A stretch of 64,000 bases of DNA from Candidatus Kapaibacterium sp. (lineage in GTDB: Bacteria > Bacteroidota > Ignavibacteria > Kapaibacteriales > UBA2268). A program made the translations under genes and the position numbers. The notes beneath the pieces are model-generated. The model was not told where the DNA came from. It saw nothing but the letters and a program-made list of their open reading frames with translations, and made no database searches. Positions 20,843 through 31,648 of this stretch are shown here, one piece after another (position 1 is the stretch's first letter; each line of letters starts with the position of its first letter). Where the stretch lies: NCBI GenBank assembly GCA_963665665.1, contig OY762428.1:3392001-3456000 (forward strand), written 5' to 3'.

Positions 20843-22960
20843 ATGAAAATATTTAATTGCCTTATTGTATTGTTTTTTTACTTTTTATTTTTTGCCGGAA
20901 TACTAACAGGGCAGGACGTTGACTCTTTAAAAAAGGAACTTGCTGAAGCTTCTGCCGATTCATCAAGAATTCAATTAATGTATAGTATCTCGGATGAGTA
21001 TTTTCAACACGAAATTGATTCTTCAATTATATATGCCGGCATGGCTCTGAAACTTGCCCAAAAAACAAAAAATAAAGAAGATATTGCTTCTACTTCGGCC
21101 TTCCTTGCTTATTTGTATCAATCAATATATTATTATTCCAAAGCCATTGAATATTATGATTTATCAATGAAAACATATTCTTCGCTGAAGGATACTTTTT
21201 CAGTTGCGGAACTGATGAATAATATTGCAATGGTTTATCAGAACCAGGGGGATTTTAACAAAGCAGCAGATTACTATTTCAAATCATTGAAAACATTTGA
21301 AAAAACTAAAAGTAAAATCCATGTTATTTCAAGCCTGACCGGAATTGGATCGGTATATGAAGATCAGGAACAATTTGCAAAAGCCCGGGATTTTTATAAA
21401 AAAGCACTGAATTGTGCCCATCAGATCGAAGATGAAAAATTGCAAGCTGAATCCATTGGTAATATTGCCAATACATATAACTATCAGGGAAATTACCAAA
21501 CAGCTCTGAAATACTACAATGATGCTTTAATAATTAGCGAAACAACCGGGGATAAAACCGGAAAAGCCTACAGGCTTGCCAATATTGGATACATGTACCA
21601 GAATATGGGCCAATTTGCCCCTGCATTGGAATCATTTAAAAAAGCACTTGAAATTTATTCAGAAATGGATGATAAAACAGGTATTGCTCATGTGTATGAA
21701 AATACGGGGCTGACATATCTGACAATGGCAAAAAAGAAAATATCCATTGAAGATTCTTTTTATCCGGAAAGCAAGCCTGCTAAATATCTGGCCGAAGCAG
21801 AAAAATATTTGCTTGATGCGCTTGCTATCTTCGAAAATTTAGGAGAAATAAACCCGCTAATCGAAACATACTCCCACTTATCCGACCTGTACTACGAAAA
21901 AGGGCAATATCGTGAAGCTCTGAACCATTACAGGCGGCATACTGAACTGAAAGACTCTTTGCTGAAAATAGAAACAAAAATGAAAATTGCTAATCTTGAA
22001 GCTATCAGGCAGAACGACAAGAAAGATCACGAGATTTTGCTCCTGCAGAAGAAGTCGGAACTAAGGATGATAATAATCATTGCAACAGTTGCCGGAATAA
22101 TACTTGTAGGGATTCTTGCCTCTGTTATTTATCGCAGGTATCGCTATAAGTCAATAGCCGAAAATATGCTGAAGGAAAAAAATTATGAAATAGGTATGGC
22201 TCACAAAAGGCTTACTGATTCAATCGAATATGGAAAAACAATTCAAACAGCCGTTCTGCCTTATGATTCAAGGGTCAGTAAATTCTTTGAAGATTATTTT
22301 GTTCTCTTTTTGCCAAGGGATATTGTGTCGGGCGATTTTTACTGGATAGAGAAGATTGATAATGAAATAATTATTGCCGTTGGGGATTGTACCGGGCATG
22401 GCGTTCCGGGAGCTTTCATGGCGATGATCGGTAATGAACTTCTGAATACAATTATCATAAAGCAAAAAGTGCGCAAACCTTCGGATGTTCTTGAACAGAT
22501 GCATAAAGAAATCAGGTATGCACTAAAACAGGATGAAACGAAATCATCATCGCACGACGGAATGGATATTTGCTTGTGCATAATAAATACTGATACGAAT
22601 GATTTGCAGTTTGCCGGTGCCAGGAGGCCTTTGTATTACGTAAGCAACGGGGAGCTTAAACAAATTAAAGGAGATCGTAAATCAATCGGCGGCAGGCAAA
22701 AAGAAAAAATACGAAAATTCACTAACCACGAAATAGTGATTAATAAAGGTTCTTTGCTTTACCTGACAACTGACGGCTATCAGGATCAGCAAAGTCCTGA
22801 TGATGAAAGTTTCGGAGTTGGAAAATTTAGAGAATTACTATTATCAATTTCGTGTAAAGAAATGCAGGAGCAAAAAAAGATTCTGATAAAAGAACATGAT
22901 GATCATGCTGCCGGCGAGAAAAATACCGATGATATTGCAATTCTTGGTATTAAATATTAA
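20843..22960 (+). CDS. membrane sensor with periplasmic TPR repeats and cytoplasmic SpoIIE/PP2C phosphatase
   Basis: Signal peptide, multiple TPRs, TM, PRDIVSGDFYW, GDCTGHGVPGA, DGMDI, TDGYQDQ, DDI. Confidence 0.9.
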   Translation: MKIFNCLIVLFFYFLFFAGILTGQDVDSLKKELAEASADSSRIQLMYSISDEYFQHEIDSSIIYAGMALKLAQKTKNKEDIASTSAFLAYLYQSIYYYSKAIEYYDLSMKTYSSLKDTFSVAELMNNIAMVYQNQGDFNKAADYYFKSLKTFEKTKSKIHVISSLTGIGSVYEDQEQFAKARDFYKKALNCAHQIEDEKLQAESIGNIANTYNYQGNYQTALKYYNDALIISETTGDKTGKAYRLANIGYMYQNMGQFAPALESFKKALEIYSEMDDKTGIAHVYENTGLTYLTMAKKKISIEDSFYPESKPAKYLAEAEKYLLDALAIFENLGEINPLIETYSHLSDLYYEKGQYREALNHYRRHTELKDSLLKIETKMKIANLEAIRQNDKKDHEILLLQKKSELRMIIIIATVAGIILVGILASVIYRRYRYKSIAENMLKEKNYEIGMAHKRLTDSIEYGKTIQTAVLPYDSRVSKFFEDYFVLFLPRDIVSGDFYWIEKIDNEIIIAVGDCTGHGVPGAFMAMIGNELLNTIIIKQKVRKPSDVLEQMHKEIRYALKQDETKSSSHDGMDICLCIINTDTNDLQFAGARRPLYYVSNGELKQIKGDRKSIGGRQKEKIRKFTNHEIVINKGSLLYLTTDGYQDQQSPDDESFGVGKFRELLLSISCKEMQEQKKILIKEHDDHAAGEKNTDDIAILGIKY

Positions 22961-23194
22961 TAATATTATGATATTTATTGATTTATATAGACAGACCGAT
23001 ATGGAGTTAGTGCTGTTATTAATTTTTCCGTTCTTAATTATCCGGCCTTAATTCTACAAAATCTGAAAAAATTTAAAAAAAAGATTGATTTATTGCTTTT
23101 TTTGTTTTTTATTTACATTCAGCGGGGGTAGTGCCAAGAAAATTGGGTTAATACGTCTGGAAATAGTAGTTGAAAGTTTTGGCAGGATATTTTT

Positions 23195-25021
23195 ATGGAA
23201 ATGTTATACGAATATGAAATTGAAGAAGACAGCAGCATAGGGAATAATCCCGAAGAAGACCTTGAAATGCTTCTGAATGAAATAGAGCAACGAACTTCCG
23301 ATATCGATCAGGAGCTTGTAAGGAAGGCTTTTGACCTGTGCCTTGAATACCATGGAACCCAGGTAAGAGCCTCGGGCAGGCCCTATTACTTGCATCCGTT
23401 GAAAGTAGCATTGATTCTGATCCAGGAAATCAATGCTTTCGACACAGCCTCTGTTGTAGGTGCTTTGCTGCATGATTCGATTGAAGATGTTGAAGGGGAA
23501 ACAAATGAAGAAAAGGAATTTGAAAGGGAAAAATTACGCCTGAGGATTCAATTTGAATTCGGAAAAGATGATCCTAAAAAAGGTAAAGAAATTCTTGAAA
23601 TTGTAGAAGCACTAACCAAAATCAAGCACGAGAAAACTTTTATCGAGCAGGATAAAGCTGCTACCTACAGAAAATTATTCCTGGCACTGGTTAAAGATGT
23701 GAGAGTTATCCTGATAAAACTCGCGGACAGGCTGCATAACATGAGGACTCTCCACTACCTGAAACCACGCAAACAGCAGGATATTGGAAAGGAAACACTT
23801 AACTTTTATACACCGTTTGCACACCGCCTGGGGCTGACCCGCGTGAAAATGGAAATGGAAGACCGCTCATTGTATTATACAGACAGGGCTACTTACGAAG
23901 CTATCAGAACAGCTCTTGCAGAAAAAAGAAGGGATTTTGTTCAGTATATCCGATTCCTTTATGAAGAGCTGACCACCAAGCTTAACGAAGAAGGCGTTAA
24001 GCATGTCCTGACGGTAGTTCATAAGCATATATATGAAATTTTCCAGATGGTTGAATCCGGAAAGCCTTTAAATGAAATAGATAATTTCTACTCGATGGTT
24101 GTAACCACTGATTCCAATGATAAATTTGAATGCTACAAGGCTCATGGAATACTTGTAAATAATTTTAATCCCGTGGGAAGAATGGTTGACAATATTTCTC
24201 AGCCAAAAATAAATTTCTATCAGTCCTTAAAATCAAAGTTGTTCGGCCCTGACGGGAAACTGATTGAAGTTATCATCCGAACCGGTGATATGGAAAAGCA
24301 TTCCGACGAGGGTATAGCAAAAGAGTTTTCATTCCAACAGGGCAGGCTCAGGGCACTTGAAATCACTGATGCCGATATAGAGCTTTGGGGTAAATGGATG
24401 GAAGATGTTATTGATATCAAAGGCGAGCAGGCAGCACAGATGATCTGGGATTCAATCAGAAATAACCTTTTTGACGCTGAAGTATCAGTATTTACCCCGG
24501 ATGGCAAATTGCATAAATTGCCCGCGAAGTCATGTCCGATTGATTTTGCATTCCATTTATCGCCTGATACCGGGCTTCATTGTATAAGCTGCAAGGTTAA
24601 CGGGAAAATTATGGAGCTGAACTATGAATTAAAAAACGGAGATATAGTAGAGATAATTTCTTCTCCCAATCAGAAGCCAAACCCGGAATGGCAGGATATT
24701 GTAATTTCGCACAAAGCAGAAGCATATCTTCATAAATATTTTCTTGAAAATCCGCCTTCTGATATTGAAGTGGAAATCGAAAAAACAAATTATGATGTAA
24801 AATTGATGATTCGCGGGGATGATGCAAACGGTATGCTTCAACTTATAACCGAAGCTATCGGAAAAACATCAATAAAAAGGGTAAGCCTTGATTCTTCGGA
24901 TAATGATTTCGGAGGTGCAATAATGCTGACAGTAAGGGATGATGCCCACCTGAATAGTATATTTGCTAAGTTGTTTGGAATAAAAGGTATTAAAAGCGTT
25001 GAAAAATCAGAAGAATTATAA
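23195..25021 (+). CDS. long RelA/SpoT homolog (HD hydrolase, degenerate synthetase, TGS, ACT)
   Basis: RASGRPYYLHP, LLHDSIED, IKLADRLHNMRTL; TGS VFTPDG..CPIDFAF..KVNG; C-terminal ACT-like. Confidence 0.88.
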   Translation: MEMLYEYEIEEDSSIGNNPEEDLEMLLNEIEQRTSDIDQELVRKAFDLCLEYHGTQVRASGRPYYLHPLKVALILIQEINAFDTASVVGALLHDSIEDVEGETNEEKEFEREKLRLRIQFEFGKDDPKKGKEILEIVEALTKIKHEKTFIEQDKAATYRKLFLALVKDVRVILIKLADRLHNMRTLHYLKPRKQQDIGKETLNFYTPFAHRLGLTRVKMEMEDRSLYYTDRATYEAIRTALAEKRRDFVQYIRFLYEELTTKLNEEGVKHVLTVVHKHIYEIFQMVESGKPLNEIDNFYSMVVTTDSNDKFECYKAHGILVNNFNPVGRMVDNISQPKINFYQSLKSKLFGPDGKLIEVIIRTGDMEKHSDEGIAKEFSFQQGRLRALEITDADIELWGKWMEDVIDIKGEQAAQMIWDSIRNNLFDAEVSVFTPDGKLHKLPAKSCPIDFAFHLSPDTGLHCISCKVNGKIMELNYELKNGDIVEIISSPNQKPNPEWQDIVISHKAEAYLHKYFLENPPSDIEVEIEKTNYDVKLMIRGDDANGMLQLITEAIGKTSIKRVSLDSSDNDFGGAIMLTVRDDAHLNSIFAKLFGIKGIKSVEKSEEL

Positions 25022-25416
25022 TGGATGAGTTCCTGAAAAATATATTTATTCCTTTCGAAATTAAAGATCAATATAGTGGCCTTGCAAAAAGTTCGGGAAT
25101 ATTAAAATTCGACAACGGTTGCCTTGTGTGCGAGTTCAGAACAAAAGATACAATACTCGGCATACTGAAAAGCTCTATAAAAGAAATTAGAATACCCGTA
25201 CAGGATTTGCTTTCAGTTGAATATAAAAAGAAAATGTTTGGAGATAAGATTTTTATCAGGACAAAGAGCATGGAATATATTAGTTATTTTCCAGGCCTTG
25301 ATTCAAACGAAATTTGCCTGAAAATCAATAAACAGTCAAGGGACTTTGCACAGAGACTATCCTCCGGCGTAACTCTTATGATATCTGAATATAATCTGAA
25401 GAATATTGAATCGTGA
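25021..25416 (+). CDS. hypothetical protein (possible PH-like fold)
   Basis: 131-aa ORF overlapping the RSH stop, host-like composition. Confidence 0.6.
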   Translation: MDEFLKNIFIPFEIKDQYSGLAKSSGILKFDNGCLVCEFRTKDTILGILKSSIKEIRIPVQDLLSVEYKKKMFGDKIFIRTKSMEYISYFPGLDSNEICLKINKQSRDFAQRLSSGVTLMISEYNLKNIES

Positions 25417-25597
25417 AATCGACAATTTTGTCGCTTTTGTCGTGCTTTATGTCGATCTTATTTGATTAATATTGCTAACGAATAATATATTCGTGTGTAA
25501 GTAGTAGCAAAACAAAGATTAAACTTTTTGGCATTTTTGTTGTTATAATAGTTATAGTAATTTGATAATTGAAAGAATAAAAGTTAAGGACGGAAAA

Positions 25598-25990
25598 ATG
25601 ATCAGAAATAATTTCTCAAAAATAATCGTTGTATTTCTTGTAATTGCAGCCGGAATGTTTTCATATTCATCAGCTTCGGCATGTGAAATCGAGTGGTCTG
25701 TAATCAAAGGGCAGAAAAAATCCTACCAGCCGGGCGATGAACTTGTTATACAGGTAAATGTTTTTCTTACTCACAGAAATTGTCCTGAATCTTTGAAAAA
25801 AACTGATTTAAAAACTGACGGAATAAAAATTAAACAGGCCACGAAGTGGTCGGAAAAATCTGCCGGCACATGGGTCAGGAAATTTAAAGTGACAATAGAA
25901 GATAACGGAAAAGGTGAAGTTCAGATTAGTGCAACAAGAACATGCGATAAAGAAGGCGGTTTTGGTGTTTTAAAGTTAACTACCGGCTGA
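25598..25990 (+). CDS. hypothetical secreted protein with Cys/His residues
   Basis: Signal peptide ending ASA; CEIEW, THRNCP, RTCDKEGG. Confidence 0.7.
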   Translation: MIRNNFSKIIVVFLVIAAGMFSYSSASACEIEWSVIKGQKKSYQPGDELVIQVNVFLTHRNCPESLKKTDLKTDGIKIKQATKWSEKSAGTWVRKFKVTIEDNGKGEVQISATRTCDKEGGFGVLKLTTG

Positions 25991-26003
25991 TAAAGGCGAA
26001 TAG

Positions 26004-27224
26004 ATGAAAAATTACAGGCAAATAGTAAAACAAATTTTCGTTATCAATTTATTGATTCTGTTTGTATCAATTTATTCTACCGGCTCGATTTACGGCCAAT
26101 GTACGGGTTGTCCGGCTGAGGAAAAATGCGCCCCGGAGGCTTCGTCAGGCAACACCGATACGGCAGCAGAAGATGAGTTTTCTGATTTTGATAAAGAGGA
26201 TGAATTCTCTGATTACAGCGAAGATGACGAGTTTGAAGAATTTAGCGAAAATGAAGAATCCGCTGGGTCTGACGAATTTGAAGAATTTCGTGGCACAATG
26301 GCTTCTGATAATCAAAATGAATCTGCTGTTATCGGCCAGTCACATCATAAATTAAGATGGGTTTTGGGGATATTATTTGTAACTATTATAACAGGTTTTA
26401 TGGTGCGACACAGGCAAACACGCCAGCTAAGAATGCTGATCCTGCTTGCTTCGCTTATTGTTCTTGGTTTTTACAGGGGGGGATGCCCCTGCATGATTTC
26501 AAGTTTCCAGGATCTGATACTTTCCGGAATGGGCCAGGATGTGCACTGGGTGAACCTGGTATGGTTCCTGGGCCTGATACCGATAACGTATATTTTCGGG
26601 CAGGTGTGGTGCGGCTGGGTATGCCACCTTGGAGCTTTCCAGGAGTTTCTTTACAGAAAGAACAGGTTTAAATTTCTGCAGGGAGAAAAAGCTCAGAAAG
26701 TAATGAAAATAATTCGTATTCTTCTTGTGGCAGGACTGATAATTCAGATAATTGCGACTCAGACAAACTGGTTTATAAAGATCGACCCGTTCAAAGTAGC
26801 CTTCAATCTTACATCATATTATACTGTCGGCTGGGTTTTGCTTGGTTTACTCCTGTTGTCATCGCTGTTTATAAACAGGCCGTTTTGTCGCGCTGCATGC
26901 CCTGTTGGTTTGTTTCTCGGCCTTGTTTCAAAAATTCCGGGCGCTGCCATAATCGCTGTAAATAAATCTGAATGCGTTGGATGTAAAACCTGCAGCGATA
27001 CATGTGATACGGGGGCAATTCTGAGAAAAGGCAAGATGAGCGTTCTGAAAAATACAGATTGCATATTGTGCGGGGAATGTATGGATGATTGCAAGAAATC
27101 CGGCCTGAGTATCCAAAGAAAAAGCAAGAAAAATAATGATGTTGTAATTCTGGAAAAATGTAAGGAAATTCCTAAGATAAGTATTGCCGAACTGAAAAAA
27201 GATCTTGAGAATATAAAAAATTAG
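26004..27224 (+). CDS. membrane 4Fe-4S binding protein (NapH/NosR C-terminal-like)
   Basis: GGCPC, WCGWVCHLGAFQE, RPFCRAACPVG, CVGCKTCSDTC, CILCGECMDDC; several TMs. Confidence 0.85.
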   Translation: MKNYRQIVKQIFVINLLILFVSIYSTGSIYGQCTGCPAEEKCAPEASSGNTDTAAEDEFSDFDKEDEFSDYSEDDEFEEFSENEESAGSDEFEEFRGTMASDNQNESAVIGQSHHKLRWVLGILFVTIITGFMVRHRQTRQLRMLILLASLIVLGFYRGGCPCMISSFQDLILSGMGQDVHWVNLVWFLGLIPITYIFGQVWCGWVCHLGAFQEFLYRKNRFKFLQGEKAQKVMKIIRILLVAGLIIQIIATQTNWFIKIDPFKVAFNLTSYYTVGWVLLGLLLLSSLFINRPFCRAACPVGLFLGLVSKIPGAAIIAVNKSECVGCKTCSDTCDTGAILRKGKMSVLKNTDCILCGECMDDCKKSGLSIQRKSKKNNDVVILEKCKEIPKISIAELKKDLENIKN

Positions 27225-27266
27225 GAAATATTGATATAAAATTATTTTGGAATCAAAATTTTATCG

Positions 27267-27300
27267 CGCTCCGTTGCATCTGATGCGGAGCGTTTTTTTT
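27267..27300 (+). terminator. intrinsic terminator
   Basis: cgctccg...cggagcg followed by T8. Confidence 0.7.
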
Positions 27301-27360
27301 ATCTTATACTCACCCTATTATTATTACGCCAATTTATAACTCCTGGCAATTTTCTGCCGA

Positions 27361-27651
27361 TGAAAGTAAAACAATCAATTTTATTAAGATTAATAACTGA
27401 AATAATTAAAAATTAAAAAAATTTTGCATGAAGTTGATTTTTTTTTTACATTTGTTGCAGATAATATTCAACAACATTTTTGGGAATTAAGGAACGGTTG
27501 CGGAGACCATTGCAAAATTTAATTTTTACAGATTGAAAAACTGAATTTAAGATACTGATATTCCTGTAACTGCGTAGGGCGGGAGTTGGTATATATTTAC
27601 AAAACGCCGTCATGTTTGGCGGGTATTTATTTATTTTTGGTAGAGGTTTTT
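27361..27651 (+). repeat. ~290-bp direct repeat, copy 1 (gene-end remnant plus leader); copy 2 at ~29127-29422
   Basis: Near-identical from tgaaagtaaaacaatcaattttattaagattaataactga to ggtttttatg. Confidence 0.9.
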
Positions 27652-29166
27652 ATGAAAAATATAATATTTTTAATATTTGTGTTGTGTTCGGCTATAACTT
27701 TCAGCGGCCAATTGCCAAAAATGACAGATAATGGACTTGAATACAGCGGTTTCTTTGATATGTCATATTTCGACGGTAATGTTTCTGTACTCGCGTACTA
27801 TAAAGACTATAACCAATTTACACAGGCTGTTGTTATATCAAATATTGACGGAGAATGGAAGGAGCTTCCATTGGAAGTGAAATCAGGCGATATTACCGGC
27901 TATTTAATGATAATAGCCACCCAGTCAACAATAAACTACGATTCATCCGGAGGATTATGGGTATCCGGGTATTCGCTTTATAATTATTCAGACGGTAAAT
28001 GGCGCGAGGTTTTTATCGACGACAGTTTCAGGAATATTCGCAAGTACGGCCAGATGTGTGTTGATAAATTCAATAATATCTGGGCAACCACGCAGATATA
28101 TAATTCGGAAACAAAAGAACAGTACAGCGAACTCCTGAGATATGACGGCGAACAGTTTGAAACTGTATTGAAGTTTACCATGGCAGGTAGTTTCAGTAGG
28201 TCAACAGAAGATGATTTTTATTCCTACAGTATGTCGGCTCTTCCTGACGGCAGAATAGCTCTTCTCAGGAGAATGTCTTCTCTTGACGAAGATGCTGTGA
28301 ACGGCATTTTTGATAATTTCTATATTATCAATCAGGACTTAAGCTATGAAAAGCAGATTCTGCAGACAGATTCAGGCCCGAAAGCAAAAATTCATAATAA
28401 AAATGTAGCCCAGATATTTTCGGATGATGCTGTAAATATCTGGCTTGCAATGGGATCGCATTTCTATTATGATTCTCAGCAAATGAACAAAAGTTGTCGT
28501 TGTTGTTCAGGGCTTTCTTTGCTCAGGGATGATAAGTGGAAATTGTTCAACGAATCCGACGGGCTTGTTCGTGGCAGGGATTCCACTACCGAGCCGATCA
28601 ACAGGATTATCCGCCTTGATGATGAGCGCCTGTTTGCAATTGGCAGGAAGAGAGTTTATAATATTGACAGGAATAATAAATTGATAGAATTAAACTGGGA
28701 AGATATTCTTTCCGGATCAGAGTTTATCCTGTCTCATCCATATTATCAGACCGATAAGGGAATTGCTTCATTAACAAGGGCTTTTGAATCTTTTGATGAC
28801 GAGGAAATAGTTTCTGCTTGCAATAAGATGCGGCTTATCGACCACGGCGACGGCAATTTCTGGATGCTAATGAATTCAGGTATCCTAATAATGCCAAAAT
28901 CGGTTGTAACCGGAGTGGAAGAGAACAAAGGCAATGAACAAGCTTTGCTTTATCCTAATCCTGCTGGCGATATAATCAATATCAATAGCGCGGGTATGGA
29001 GTATTCCTATTCAATATTCAATATTATGGGTGAAAAACTGATTTCAGGCAGTTCTTCTGTTTCTGAAATTAGCATTTCTGCTCTTCCTGTAGGAAGCTAT
29101 TATATCCGGCTGCAATTTAATGCCGGTGAAAGTAAAACAATCAATTTTATTAAGATTAATAACTGA
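27652..29166 (+). CDS. secreted beta-propeller-like protein with T9SS C-terminal domain (paralog A1)
   Basis: Signal peptide; DSSGGLWV and DKFNNIWA propeller-type motifs; LYPNPA...GSYYIRL CTD. Confidence 0.82.
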   Translation: MKNIIFLIFVLCSAITFSGQLPKMTDNGLEYSGFFDMSYFDGNVSVLAYYKDYNQFTQAVVISNIDGEWKELPLEVKSGDITGYLMIIATQSTINYDSSGGLWVSGYSLYNYSDGKWREVFIDDSFRNIRKYGQMCVDKFNNIWATTQIYNSETKEQYSELLRYDGEQFETVLKFTMAGSFSRSTEDDFYSYSMSALPDGRIALLRRMSSLDEDAVNGIFDNFYIINQDLSYEKQILQTDSGPKAKIHNKNVAQIFSDDAVNIWLAMGSHFYYDSQQMNKSCRCCSGLSLLRDDKWKLFNESDGLVRGRDSTTEPINRIIRLDDERLFAIGRKRVYNIDRNNKLIELNWEDILSGSEFILSHPYYQTDKGIASLTRAFESFDDEEIVSACNKMRLIDHGDGNFWMLMNSGILIMPKSVVTGVEENKGNEQALLYPNPAGDIININSAGMEYSYSIFNIMGEKLISGSSSVSEISISALPVGSYYIRLQFNAGESKTINFIKINN

Positions 29167-29422
29167 AAAAATTAAAAAAAATAAAAAAAAATTTGCATGA
29201 AGTTGATTTTTTTTTTTACATTTGTTGCAGATAATATTCAACAACATTTTTGGGAATTAAGGAACGGTTGCGGAGACCATTGCAAAATTAAATTTTTACA
29301 GATTGAAAAACTGAATTTAAGATACTGATATTCCTGTAACTGCGTAGGGCGGGAGTTGGTATATATTTACAAAACGCCGTCATATTTGGCGGGTATTTAT
29401 TTATTTTTGGTAAGAGGTTTTT
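29127..29422 (+). repeat. ~290-bp direct repeat, copy 2
   Basis: Matches 27361-27651. Confidence 0.9.
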
Positions 29423-30103
29423 ATGAAAAAACTAATTGTAATTGCATGTTTGTTTTTTATTTCTATTGCGGGCGCGTTGCCGGCTATTGCACAGGATTGT
29501 CCTCCGACATTAGGTGATCCTGATTGGCTTGAAAGTCCTTACAATCTTGAATTTGGCTCTATGTTGACTCCATTTGGATATGTTAATAGTTGTTTTTATA
29601 GGTCAACAGCAAATGGCTATGAGATTAAAGTTAATTGGAATACCATGGCAAATAATAAGCCGCTTCTGACGGATGATGAAATTAAGCAGATGATGTACAA
29701 GGCCGTTATTGTTAATCTTCTGGGGCACGATTGCCATTTCGGCGGAACAAAGGAATTTATTTTCTATGAAGAAACCCAATGTATGGTAAAAAAACGCTGC
29801 TATCTGAAACTGTATTACGACACTTATATAGAATGCCAGGACGATTGCTGGGCTGGCCCGGATATGACAGTGTATGAAAAGGACGGCGCCAAGTACTACA
29901 AGGTAGAATCCGAAGAGCCATGCGGCGTACAATGCTGCCAGTTTATCTACACGGTAAAATGTGTGACAAATCCTGAAAACGGGGAGGTATATCCTCATAT
30001 AGTAAACATTGAAACAATGGCATATCCCGGCTCGGAATGTACCGGAGGTGACACAGACTGCCTGAACGGAAGTCCGATACCATGCAGTTCAACATGTAAT
30101 TAA
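29423..30103 (+). CDS. Cys-rich secreted protein (paralog B1)
   Basis: Signal peptide ending AIA-Q; 15 Cys in the mature part. Confidence 0.8.
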   Translation: MKKLIVIACLFFISIAGALPAIAQDCPPTLGDPDWLESPYNLEFGSMLTPFGYVNSCFYRSTANGYEIKVNWNTMANNKPLLTDDEIKQMMYKAVIVNLLGHDCHFGGTKEFIFYEETQCMVKKRCYLKLYYDTYIECQDDCWAGPDMTVYEKDGAKYYKVESEEPCGVQCCQFIYTVKCVTNPENGEVYPHIVNIETMAYPGSECTGGDTDCLNGSPIPCSSTCN

Positions 30104-30115
30104 GCAGGTGATCTT

Positions 30116-31630
30116 ATGAAAAAACTAATATTTTTAATATTTGTACTGTGTTCGGCTAAAACTTTCAGCGGCCAATTGCCAAAAATGATTGATAATGGCC
30201 TTGAATATAGCGGATTTTATGATATGTCGTATTATAACGGAAATGTATCGGTTCTCGCCAGGTATAAATTCTTTGATGAATTTACGCAAGCCGTAGTTAT
30301 ATCAAATATTGACGGAGAATGGAAGGAACTGCCATTGGAAGTGAAATCAGGCGATATTACCGGCTATTTAATGATATCCGGTACACAGTCAACAATAAAT
30401 TACGATTCTTCCGGCGGATTATGGGTATCGGGGTATTCGCTTTATAATTTTTCAGACGGAAAATGGCGTGAAATTTTCATAGATGATAGTTTCAGGGCAA
30501 TCCGCTCCTATCGACAGATGTGTATTGATAAATTCAATAATCTCTGGGCTACAACTAGGATATATAATTCCGAGACAAAGGAGCAGTATAGCGAGTTATT
30601 ACGTTTTAACGGTGTTAGTTTTGAAACTGTTTTAAAGTTCAATATGGCTGAGAGCTTTGTAAGAGTTGGGGGGGATGATTTTTATTCCTACAGTATGTCG
30701 GCTCTTCCTGACGGCAGAATAGCTCTTCTTAGGACAATGTCCCAGCTTGACGAGGACGTTTTAAATGGAGTTTTTGATAATTTCTATATTATCAATCAGG
30801 ACTTAAGCTATGAAAAGCAGATTCTGCAAACGGATTCTGGGCCGCAAGCGAAAATACACAATAAAAATGTATCGCAGATACTTTCGGATGATGCTGTAAA
30901 TATCTGGCTTGCAATGGGATCGTATTTTTATTATGATTCTCAGCAAATGAACAAAAGTTGTCGTTGTTGTTCAGGGCTTTCTTTGCTCAGGGATGATAAG
31001 TGGAAATTGTTCAACGAATCCGACGGGCTTGTTCGCGGCAGGGATTCCACTACCGAGCCGATCAATAGGATTATACGCCTTGATGATGAGCGCCTGTTTG
31101 CAATTGGCAGGAAGAGAGTTTATAATATTGACAGGAATAATAAATTGATAGAATTAAACTGGGAAGATATTCTTTCCGGATCAGAGTTTATCCTGTCTCA
31201 TCCATATTATCAGACCGATAAGGGAATTGCCTCATTAACGAAGGCTTTTGAATCTTTTGATGACGAGGAAATAGTTTCTGCTTGTAATAAGATGCGGCTT
31301 ATTGATCACGGCGATGGTAATTTCTGGATGCTAATGAATTCAGGTATCCTAATAATGCCAAAATCCGTTGTAACCGTAGTGGAAGAGAACAAAGGCAATG
31401 AACAAGCTTTGCTTTATCCTAATCCTGCTGGCGATATAATCAATATCAATAGCGCGGGTATGGAGTATTCCTATTCAATATTCAATATTATGGGTGAAAA
31501 ACTGATTTCAGGCAGTTCTTCTGTTTCTGAAATTAGCATTTCTTCTCTTCCTGTAGGAAGCTATTATATCCGGCTGCAATTTAATGCCGGTGAAAGTAAA
31601 ACAATCAATTTTATTAAATCAGACAATTAA
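30116..31630 (+). CDS. secreted beta-propeller-like protein with T9SS C-terminal domain (paralog A2)
   Basis: Highly similar to 27652-29166, nearly identical in the C-terminal half. Confidence 0.82.
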   Translation: MKKLIFLIFVLCSAKTFSGQLPKMIDNGLEYSGFYDMSYYNGNVSVLARYKFFDEFTQAVVISNIDGEWKELPLEVKSGDITGYLMISGTQSTINYDSSGGLWVSGYSLYNFSDGKWREIFIDDSFRAIRSYRQMCIDKFNNLWATTRIYNSETKEQYSELLRFNGVSFETVLKFNMAESFVRVGGDDFYSYSMSALPDGRIALLRTMSQLDEDVLNGVFDNFYIINQDLSYEKQILQTDSGPQAKIHNKNVSQILSDDAVNIWLAMGSYFYYDSQQMNKSCRCCSGLSLLRDDKWKLFNESDGLVRGRDSTTEPINRIIRLDDERLFAIGRKRVYNIDRNNKLIELNWEDILSGSEFILSHPYYQTDKGIASLTKAFESFDDEEIVSACNKMRLIDHGDGNFWMLMNSGILIMPKSVVTVVEENKGNEQALLYPNPAGDIININSAGMEYSYSIFNIMGEKLISGSSSVSEISISSLPVGSYYIRLQFNAGESKTINFIKSDN

Positions 31631-31648
31631 TTCAGAGGATTTTTAGTA

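Noticed and set aside
27652-31630. Diversity-generating retroelement TR/VR pair
   Set aside because: Differences between the paralogs are not adenine-specific, they span whole genes, and no reverse transcriptase is present.
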